Of a stretch of 64,000 bases of DNA, positions 11,227 through 21,196 are shown piece by piece (position 1 is the stretch's first letter; every line of letters starts with the position of its first letter). This DNA comes from Fistulifera solaris (taxonomy: Eukaryota): positions 992,001 through 1,056,000 of the forward strand of contig AP026162.1 of assembly GCA_030295235.1 (NCBI GenBank), written 5' to 3'. Made by a program: the position numbers and the translations under genes. The notes below the pieces were generated by a model. The model was given only the letters and a program-made list of their open reading frames with translations. It had not been told where the DNA came from and ran no database searches.

Positions 11227-12071
11227 ATGGGCTGGCCACAGGATTCTTCTTCTTCGAGTCCGTTCGATTGGCTGAATGATTACGTATCCGTCTCCCCGCA
11301 ACTTCAAAATGTGCTAAACGATGCCACCCCGCCCCAGCTCGTCTGTGTGGGACTCGCTTGTTCCGCTTCGTTCGTCGCCGGATGGAAAACGGCACGGTCG
11401 GGGTCTTCCTGGAAACGCATTACGTCCATTGCCGATATATCCTCCTCTCAGATGGGTCCAACGACGCCGTTTTTGCGCGGTCGCGTCGTGTCAGTGAGCG
11501 ACGGAGATACCTTTCGATTTCTGCATCTGCCCACTCGGTTTCATTCGTCTCACTTGGGCGATCGAAAAATGGCGGATGTTACTTTGCCAATTCGAATCTG
11601 TACCATTGATACACCCGAAACAGCAAAATTCGGTAAGCAGGGACAGCCCTTTGGCGACGAGGCCAAGGATTATTTGAAAGCAATGATAATGGATCGGATA
11701 GTAAACGTAAAGGTTCTTGAGAAAGACCAGTATGGTCGTGGTGTCGCTGAAGTCTACCGACCTGGTCCGTTTTTGGGCTGGCCTCGAAAGTACATAGATC
11801 AGGAAATGCTGAAAGTAAGTTCGTGCGGTTCGTCTTTCGACGAAGAAGTTTGTTAACCTAATGACCCTGAATGGCTTACATCGCATTCCATTGCTCTTTG
11901 ATTCACAAGGCGGGTCTTGCGGAAGTTTACGTAGGAGCTGGGGCTGTCTATGGACACAAGAGAAAGGAAGCCTATCTTCAGATGCAGTCAAAGGCTGAAC
12001 GAAGGAAAGTCGGGATGTGGTCATTGTACAATCGCGAGTCTGCTGCTGAATTTAAATCAAGGATGAAGTAG
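11227..12071 (+). CDS. Staphylococcal nuclease (SNase/LCL3-like); intron 11815-11909
   Basis: Motifs VSVSDGDTFR, IRICTIDTPE, QPFGDEAK, DQYGR, and EMLK|AGLAEVY joined across a GTAAGT...AAG intron; ends AAEFKSRMK. The start codon is uncertain. Confidence 0.88.
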
Positions 12072-12942
12072 CGACTTAAATTGTTCATGTAAGTAGTGAT
12101 GGATCTAGATCTCTGGCACAATTGGAGAGGTTTATGTAGATTCGACAGTTTTTACCGTGGATTTAGCAAAACGTCCTTTGCTAAAGGGCTAGACTTGAGT
12201 CCATGTAACATCGATAGATTCTTTTCTAGATCAAGTGGTGGTCAACTGTTTAGCATTTCTGCGTTACAGATGACTACCATTGACTACGTCTCTGGTTTGC
12301 CTCGAACATGAATCATCAGATTTCCACACCAAACTTACATAGAAACTCCGTTCGTCCTCTTTCTAATTGCTGCTCGTTGTTTTCATTCAACGGGGACTTG
12401 GTAAACAAGCATGTGTGGTAATCGCGCTGCACTGTGTAAGTAAATATCATTAAGAATGGTCCACCTCCGCCACGATTGGTATTCAGTCAACACGAACTAC
12501 TTTGTTGCGTGCCGCAACGGTATGTTGGCTTTTTCGTTTAACTTCAAAACCAGATTTCCATAGAGCTATGGTTAGATCTTAGCAACAATTTGAAATAAAT
12601 AAAATTTGCTGCAAAATGCCGCCAAAAGCCGTTGAATACTCGTCTCGTATTCGACCTTCATGAATTTACTATGGCCCAGACTGTAGGTTCCACGCACCAA
12701 GACTGGTTTCAGTCATGAGAGACGTGGACGACGAATTTTTTCGTTTTCTGCGTTTTCCGCACAGAAGATCTTCGCGGAAGGAATGGCACCACGTCTGAGT
12801 TGTTACCTGGTATGGTTATTATTATTTGCATGTAATTCCGATTGCTCAAGTGCAAATAACGAGATCGTATCAGCACCCATAGCTTTCAGCGATTGAAATT
12901 GTGTTGAAAAGAGTGGGCAAGAGTTTGTTGTGTCGAGCAAGC

Positions 12943-14065
12943 ATGTGTACAGAGACTACTTATCCCCAATTGACGAAGGATCTCATCGTGGAGGTCATCG
13001 ATCGCGCGTGTGATCGTTTCAACGTCGAAAATACCCAGTGGCAGTTGACACGCAATGTGCGTCTCGATCTCGAAGATGGCGGTGATTATGTGCATGGTTT
13101 TGTTGCTAACGCAACCGAGGGCCCTGATACGACGGAAATTTTGACAACTTTCTATTTTGCTTACTCGACATGGAATGGCCGTGTGCTTTACATTGATGAA
13201 AGATATCGAGGCGCAGATAACGATCTAAAACTACACTTGCGCCGTGCTTTGGCTTGTATTGCTGTTCAGCTGCAATGCAATCGACTAACTTGGCAACATT
13301 ATGCCGAAGATGACGGCGAGCCGTTCTATCCGGAGAGTACGAAACCTGAAACACTTCATGGCTGGTTGACATTGCACTGGCAGGCTGACAGCATTCGATC
13401 GTTTCTGAGCAAGCATAGCGTCTCAATCCTGTCCCAAGATAACGGCGTCCTCAGCTTAGAAGACACTATCTCAAGGGTGCTGGCAAATCTCCGCCATGAA
13501 TCATATCAACTACGATTGGCCACCGAAGAAGACTTGCCTCACATCTGTCGGCTGGTACAAGGACTGGCAGATTTTGAGAAGAGTATGACGCCGTCCATGT
13601 CACTGCGGAACATTACCGCGCGGATGGTTTTCGCTCCAAGAAACTGTTTCAATGCTTGCTCCTGGATCATGTCAGCGCAGATAAAGAGACTTACACATGC
13701 GGCATGGCTTTTCACTATCTAGGAGCGACTGCGAAAGACAGTCTTTTCTTATATCTCGAAGATCTTTTTATCGAAGAACAGTTTAGAAAGAACGGTGCAG
13801 GAACTTTGTTAATGAAAGCTTTAGCATCCATTGGGTGTGCCCTGAATTGCAGTCGACTTGTGTGGCAGGCCTTGGTGAGTAAAACAAATGTTGCCTTTCG
13901 TTTTTGAAAAAGGACTCGCTCAGTGTCCTCCTTATCTTCCAGGATTGGAACACGCCAGCACTAACATTCTATGGAAAACTGGGGGCAAAGGTTCAGGAAG
14001 GACTTCTTACAACTCGCTACATGAATGAAACGTTAAATGCGTTCTGCGGTAGTCCTCAAAATTGA
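12943..14065 (+). CDS. Tandem two-domain GNAT acetyltransferase, spermidine/spermine N-acetyltransferase (SSAT)-like; intron 13874-13942
   Basis: Motifs YSTWNGRVLYID, LADFEK, LYLEDLFIEEQFRKNGAG, and WQAL|DWNTPALTFY across a GTGAGT...CAG intron. One frameshift near 13585. Confidence 0.8.
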
Positions 14066-14907
14066 AATAGGTCCAATGATTTAGGGTGTTCAGTAAAAGC
14101 CTTAGGACAGCGCTTATGAACCGAATGAATCAAGTCGCCGAAGTAATCATTTTTAGGTTCATGACTAGTGACTGAAATTCATTCTTGACGAAAAACGAAA
14201 AACAAGTAAAATTATAGATACGGTATGTGGTGGATGATCGAGCGAATTCATCTACATTCATTTTAACAAGTGAAGCTATGGATTATGTAATGTTTTTCCC
14301 TTGTTTATACACTGCTATAAAGTGTTTTGAAAGGATGTTGGTGCAGGCGATAGGAGCATTAGTAAGGGCTGAAGAATATGGATATTTTTGTAGTACGCGA
14401 AAGAAGGCTCAGTTCGCGGATCGAAAAACTTATTTTGTAGCTCTCAAAATTCTGAATCTATCTATATAATTATCTTATTCATCCGAAGTTTTTATGATAG
14501 ATAAAAATAAGCATGAAAATGGGAAATTTTTACGTAAAATTATACAGTAAAATTCTTTGTGGAGCCTCTGGTACATTTTCTACGAGGTGTACATGGTGTA
14601 ATGACGAACGAATCCCAGCTGTAGGAGTGCGAATGTTGGAACTTATATCCGCGGTTGACGGACAAACATTACGGACCTCGAACAAACAATGAAACCGGCC
14701 GCAACAACAAAAACACAAAAGGCGACGTAGTCACACCCGTTTACACAGAAGGCGACGATGATCATTAATGATCAATGCGCTCAACCATTATTATTTTTGT
14801 TGCATCGTCCTTTTCGCATTCCCAGTCGCATAAGAGACGGTGTGTCACCTCATTTTGAGAGATCGCAAATTCCGTGTCATCTACCTTTGAAACTGTAATT
14901 TACGGAC

Positions 14908-16260
14908 ATGTCATCGACGTTCAAGCGAAGAAATACGTCAAACAATCAAATCTTTCAGCAACTAGAAGGAACGAGACCTACCACGACTCCCGGTATAACG
15001 TTTACATCTACCGGCTTGCGCGACTTGGATCAGGTGCTGTCTGGAGGTCAGCCTTTGACAACATGTATATGGTTAGAAGAAGATCGGTGGACATGCAGTC
15101 TTGCTCGCTGTCTGGTTCAATATTGGTGCGCTGAGGTAAGTCTTTTCGAAGAGATTATAATAATTGTCAGTCATTTTTTAATTTATGCAGCATATTCTCA
15201 CGATTATTACAGGCTTTATCTCAAAATCAGCTCGTCATCGTTCCAGTAGAATCGGATGACGGCGAGAGCTCTCTGCTGGGGCCAATATCTTGGTGCGCCG
15301 ACGAACGAGAGCAGTTGGAGGCACAATCTCCACCAGTTTCATTTTTGAAACAAGTGAAAGATCTATTGGCTGCATTACCACGTAATTTGAACAAAGACAA
15401 GGACATCAAACAACAAAAGATGTCCGGAGACGACCCCGCTGAAGTACTTTTGGAAACTTTGGAGGAGGAAGAGGAGGACGAAAATAATGACGAAGCACCA
15501 GATGCAGCAGATGATGGTTTAAAAATTGCGTGGCAGTATAAGGAATCTGTTCAGCGCGAACGAAGGGGGCACACTGACGCATCTCGAGGAGTACCCTCAC
15601 CTCGCTCCTCGCCGTCCGGCAACGTCTTCTGCCATTCTTACGATCTACAGGGCCGTTTATCGAATCAGTTGGATACCGAGCAGAACGTGTTATTTCCAGA
15701 GATCCAGTTCCGTTGTCTTGGCTGTTCTTATCCTCGACAGTGCTGTGGATTCGCTTACTATAGGAGCTTGAAAGATCAGCTTCAGTCGCTACCAACTACG
15801 AAAGTACAGCGTTTGCTGCTGTATCACCCCGATCTGTCTGTCTTGCAGACTGCGCTTCCGTTACTTGTCTCTTTCATTCGAAGCAAGAAACTCCCCGTGG
15901 TTGTCATGATTGTGGTTCAGCCTTGGACGACATCAGTTTCGACGAATGTACTACGTCGTACGAGCGATTTTGTTCTTGCTGCAGAATCCTTTGTTTCTCG
16001 TCAACAATATCCGCCTCCTCCCTGAATTTCAACGGTTCCATGGTCTCCTACAGGTCGTAAAATCAGCACACAAACGACCGATCTCGAATATCTATGGCTT
16101 GAAGAGAGATAGAAGGAAGCTCCTCATTGAATTGCTGCATATTCCACCCGAGGACTATGCCGCGAAAGGCGGATCCACTGGTAGCGGGGTTCGCTCGGGG
16201 GCGGGACGTCCTTCGAGTGGATTAGGCTGCAGTTCGAGTGGCAGCGCACTGGATTTTTAG
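14908..16260 (+). CDS. ELP4: Elongator complex subunit 4; intron 15136-15212
   Basis: STGLRDLDQVLSGGQPL, LKIAWQY, FCHSYDL, IELLHIPPE and C-terminal LDF are characteristic of Elp4. Frameshift in a C-run at ~16020. Confidence 0.85.
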
Positions 16261-16384
16261 TATGCCAAGCTTTGACGTCTGACACACCTGCTTCTTTTAA
16301 AGAATTCTCAAACAATTACCTAAACCTAATCGCACAGCACACAACATCTAACGATTCGCGAATCGTATGTGCATCGTGCATGGC

Positions 16385-17290
16385 AACTACTAAGCACTAA
16401 ACTAAGACCTTTATGGCTTGCTTTATGCTTATAGCGACTCGATTATCTAGTACTGTAGTCCGCTAGAAATCGTGTCAAACATAGGGAGCGCCACGTCACA
16501 TCATAACAAGGATCGGAGATCGGAGATGTCAAGCGTCAAGCGTCAAGCATCAAACTGCCACCTGACACCTGACATGCTGACATAGTAAACATTCAATGAA
16601 CGATAAAGGATAAAGGGCAAGTGACAAGTACCGGTACTGACAAAAGGTCAAGTAAGCAACGAAAATCGAAAATTACGGACCGCAGAGAACAGTCTGCAAA
16701 ATCTGCAATCCATTCCTATTTCCTATTGCCTATTGCTGCTGCAAAGTTGCAGAGCGATCAGTCTTCTCTACTTTCTCCAGCTCTATACTCTATAGACTAT
16801 AGATCTACAGTAATTTATCTTTCCTGAAACACGAAACACGAAAGATGAAGATGACAGCAAAAAATAAGAGTGAAACAAGGAAAACAGGAAAACGGCCATA
16901 AGCCATAACGGATAAAAGATAAAAGAGTACCGGTAGATAAAAGATTCTTGATTGTAGATTGTAGATTGTAAATAGTACTGCAGCGCTCAAACACTCGGCT
17001 CTCGGAGAAAAAGATGTATTCTTCGTTCTGCCGTTCCATACTTTTGAGTGATTGAACGCATCGCATATCAGTTAAAGTGTACGACAAGTTAACTCCGCTC
17101 GCCGCTCTCCGATGATTTGGTCTTAATGGCGTAGAACGTCGGAGTTTTTCATTATTCAACACGCGTAACAAGCGAACAAGCAACAAGCAACGTTGCTCAT
17201 CACATAAACATCGCGCCAACAACACTTTTAGGCTCTCCTTTCACTTCATTGATCATCGAGCAACGAGCAACAACACGGACCCTCTAGACT
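16385..17290. repeat. Tract of many different local 7-bp tandem duplications
   Basis: GATCGGA x2, GTCAAGC x3, CACCTGA x2, GATAAAG x2, TTCCTAT x2-3, CTATAGA x2, GAAACAC x2, GCCATAA x2, GATAAAA x2, GATTGTA x3, GAGCAAC x2. Confidence 0.75.
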
Positions 17291-17311
17291 ACAAGCTTTC
17301 TCAATAAAAAA

Positions 17312-17854
17312 ATGTTCCATTCATCACAGAATTATTCAAGCAGTGCTCCCGTCGAGGAGTCCGGCAACGACCACGCAAAAACTGAGCCTCTTGCGCAAGA
17401 ACGTGACGACGCTCAGAAGTCGAAAATCGAGGTTTGGGCACAACGTATCAAGACAGATGCAGTTCACGTATGGCAAGTGGACGATCTAATTAAGTATTTG
17501 AGGCCCCAGGAGCTAAGCAAGCTACAAAACGGCTTCGTTCGATCCACTATGTTGTGGGTGTTCGAGCAAATCAACAGTCCGGACGGAATCTCGGATGACA
17601 AGCTTGAAAAAGTGTACGACTTGTACATCAAGCAGTTCTGCGAAATAGCCAGCGTAATGGGAAAGAAGAAAAGAACACAGAAAATTCGACAGGCTATCCA
17701 GAAGTACGAAAGGCATTTCCGATGCGGTTTAAATGATGCCAAAAGCGTGAGTTCGTTGCCGAGCTTACTGAAAGAAATATCAGCCCTCGATTACGGACAA
17801 GACGTTGTCTTTCACTTTTTATGCCAAAGACCTGATATTCTTTATTCGAGATGA
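17312..17854 (+). CDS. Hypothetical protein, 180 aa
   Basis: Clean ORF with A-rich ATG context and protein-like composition. No domain recognised. Confidence 0.55.
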   Translation: MFHSSQNYSSSAPVEESGNDHAKTEPLAQERDDAQKSKIEVWAQRIKTDAVHVWQVDDLIKYLRPQELSKLQNGFVRSTMLWVFEQINSPDGISDDKLEKVYDLYIKQFCEIASVMGKKKRTQKIRQAIQKYERHFRCGLNDAKSVSSLPSLLKEISALDYGQDVVFHFLCQRPDILYSR

Positions 17855-19236
17855 TCTCAGCTAGTTTAGAAGCTATAATTCATAAGTAAAACAAATAAAG
17901 GACGCTTTTTTCCGCGAAAATGTGGTGCGAGTGCGAGTACCAGATGAGGCTTTTTCGCAGCAGTAAATATAATCATCAACGTTCATTGGCTCATTTCCGG
18001 ATGTGAGTACCGAATTAGGCTTTTTCGTGTTCTGCCGTACCATACGTCAAGCAACATTCACTCGCACCTCTCGCACACCACAAAAGAAGCACAAACGCGT
18101 AGATTGGAATGATCGGAATTGAGCGATGATTATAGTCACCATCAATGCATGGTAATCTCGGGCTGACGTTTCGTTGTGATCTCCTGCTATAAACAACATG
18201 CACTGCTGCTGGTAATACTTTCGATCTGTTCGTGAGAGCAAGAGGTATATGGACAAGCCCATATACCTCTTGGTGAGAGGAACGGTCGTATGTACGGTTC
18301 GTCCAAAGACATTCGCGCGTGAAAAATGCCGCTGCAAAAGGTGTACGCAGTAGTTAATCTGGTGTCTACGGCACAGACTTTACAGTATGGAGAGACAATC
18401 CGTCACGGTCGAAATGATCTGATGTAGCACTCGGTTAAAGTAACGGGGAGTATCTGAAGTCTCGCCCCTTACATCAAGAATTTTACCAAGAAGTTCATGT
18501 GAGTAGACAACGTCCACACCAGTCTTAACGCACCGAAGTATCATAGGCGTTACCCTTCAAGTTTGAACAGCTTAATAGGAGAGCTCGAAAGTAATGGCAA
18601 AATGTTGTTGCATCGTTCACTCCGGGTCGTTCGTATAATTGCGAGGGTGTCAAGGTCTTCGAAGAGAACAATAAAAAGTCGGCGTTTTTACCCAGTGCTT
18701 TTCAAATTTCCGTGAACTCACACTGGACCTGTCTGTCGTTACATCTTTTTAGGCTATCTTGTTTAGGCTTGAATATTTGGATCACCTCAGGTGCACCTCG
18801 ATTCGAATTCAGTCGATAGACAGATGGAAATGGCTTTCGCATTGTCATTTGTTATACTGCCAGGCTAACTCACCAAGGCTTAACTTGGTAATTCCAGCTA
18901 GTGCTTCGCTAGCTAATCTATTTTTCGGATGTCACACTCTAGATCTCTAGGACCGTTCAGTTGGTCTTGCCGCATCGAAATTCTTATAATATCATAAGAT
19001 TGCTACCGCTTTACTTCTATTTAATCCACAGTTTTCAATACTTTGGGTATCTACAGGTATCGATGCCAACGAGCGTAATGTTGGCCAAGCAATTAATATG
19101 ATCGGTAGCACTTCGTCATCCAAAAAGCCAATACACGAAACGGAATCTGAGCTCAGTCTGCACTATCCGACTTCGTCAATTAATCAAAAGGGGGACGCAA
19201 GCACACATTGAAGCGATATTATTCGCACCAATGCAA

Positions 19237-19527
19237 CTAGCAGTAATCCATCAGCTGCTCCGCGGCGACCTTTGTGATATGATGAGGCTGTATCACCACC
19301 GCATCACCAGCGGATACAGATTCGTCGATGCAGCTTTCTTTCTCACATTCCGCCTCGACTGCCGCTTTTTGATGCAACGTACGTACAAAGATACGAAGTA
19401 ATTCTCCGGTGAGCAAGACCGCTTCGTTGGTAATCCGTTTTCCATCCTTGGCCAGAACAAGTTTCTTTGTGAGGCCCGCGTGAAACGGCTCCTTCGACGA
19501 AAGATCTTTCAGCGTATTACTCTTCAT
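19237..19527 (-). CDS. CENPX: Centromere protein X / MHF2 histone-fold protein
   Basis: RITNEAVLLTGELLRIFV...AA.EAE and IQPHHITKVAAEQLMDY match the CENP-X histone-fold pattern. Confidence 0.8.
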   Translation of the reverse strand: MKSNTLKDLSSKEPFHAGLTKKLVLAKDGKRITNEAVLLTGELLRIFVRTLHQKAAVEAECEKESCIDESVSAGDAVVIQPHHITKVAAEQLMDYC

Positions 19528-19681
19528 TTAAATGGGTAAAGCTGATTAAGTCGGTCTTCTTGAGATCGGTAATACTATTTCTATAGTGCTTTGGCGCCTT
19601 GTTATTTCGCGGTATGATGGACTGTGTGTTATTTCATTTTATTTCATCGCATCATTGTTGCCACGCTCGTCATGAAAAAAA

Positions 19682-19890
19682 AACGTGGAAATACCGCGCA
19701 CTCCCACATTTTCTGGGCACGTGAAATACCGCACCCCCACATTTTCTGGGAACGTGGAGTACTGCACTCCCACATTTTCTGGGAACGTGAAAATACCCCT
19801 CCCCCTCATTTTCTGGGAACGTGAAAATACCGCTCGCCCACGACATTCTCTGGGGACGTGAAAATACCGCACGCCCGCACATTTTAGGCA
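19682..19890 (+). repeat. ~33-37 bp minisatellite, 6 units, in a divergent promoter
   Basis: Consensus approximately ACGTGAAAATACCGCACTCCCACATTTTCTGGGA. Confidence 0.9.
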
Positions 19891-19937
19891 ACAACTTATC
19901 GTCTTCTTTACAAAAATAAGCATTGCATTCAGCAGAA

Positions 19938-21163
19938 ATGAGTAACAGCAAGGATATGCCTAAACGCGCACTAGGAGGATCAAAAGACTTCCCGATGCGG
20001 TCTCCATCGTCGGCTTGGGCTGTTCGTCGTTTTCGACATTCTTTTGGTCTCCGGAGGAACTACAGCAGAGTCTTTCCGGCTCCACGAAAAGTCGGTCCGT
20101 CAACGACCTTGACCGCAATCATCCTCGCGTGCAAGAGTGGATTCGTACCATTCATTTCGCATTAGAACAAGGCATCACGTATCTCGATACGGCTCCGTGG
20201 TACGGTCACGGAACTTCGGAAGTCGTCATTGGGTGGGCACTCGAAGCTATCGAACATTTTGATCGTTCTTTCATTCAAATTAATACAAAAGTCGGACGAT
20301 ACGAAGCGGATCCTTCTATCATGTTTGATTTTTCTCGAGAAAAGACCCAAAAGTCTATTGAGCTTTCGTTGCAGCGAATGAAATGCGATTACATTGATGT
20401 CTTGCAACTGCATGACCCGGAATTTGCACCGACGTTGGATCAATTGCTGGAAGAAACGATTCCCGTCATGCTTGAATGTCGAAACGCGGGACGATGCAAA
20501 GCACTGGGTCTTACGGGATACCCGTTGCATGTTCAGCATTTGGTTTTGCAACGGTCGATGGAACAATTTGGGGAGAATATTTGGGACCAATCATTGACGT
20601 ATTGTCACTAAAATTTACACGATCAAAGTCTGGTCAATCAGCCCATGTCGACGACAAGCTACAGTTTCCTCGAAGCCTGTCAACGGCAAAGCATGGTTGT
20701 CTTAGCAGCCGCTCCTCTTTCCATGGGTCTGCTGACGAACCAAGGACCACGAGATTGGCACCCCGCGTCACCAGAATTGAAAGAAGCCTGCCGAAGCGCT
20801 GTTCATATATGTCAACAGGAAGGAATCGATATTTCAAACTTGGCATTACTGTTTGCTCTATCGAACGAGAGGATTGCTTGTACCGTGGTTGGCATGAAAG
20901 ATGAGGAAGAAGTCAAGGTTGTTCTTGCGATTGCGAAACGTATCGGACGGGCAGTGGCTGACGGCGCGAGGAATCAAGAAGATGTTTGGAAAGCGGTCCT
21001 CAACGATGCCGAACGTAGAGCCCTGTCTCGTCTTTTGGATTCTGCGAACGGGCCATTTTCGAATGTATTCAAGCGTGGTCTGTTTGAATGGGATGGCGTG
21101 GAAGAAGCATGGAATTTTTGGCAAGCACAAGAAAAGAGTATTGTCGCATGGCAAAGGTTATAA
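19938..21163 (+). CDS. Aldo/keto reductase (L-galactose/D-arabinose dehydrogenase-like), frameshifted
   Basis: Motifs LDTAPWYGHGTSE, INTKVGRY, DYIDVLQLHDPEF, LGLTGYPL, AAPLSMGLLT, WHPA. Confidence 0.88.
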
Positions 21164-21196
21164 TGAGTAATGCCTTATTTCTATTATATTGTTGCT

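Noticed and set aside
17950..19200. Possible decayed minus-strand gene in a long intergenic stretch
   Set aside because: Only short stop-interrupted frames with no motif I can recognise; a translated search would be needed.
19682..19890. Possible CRISPR array (regular ~34-bp periodicity)
   Set aside because: Units are contiguous degenerate repeats with no unique spacers, no cas genes are nearby, and the context is eukaryotic.
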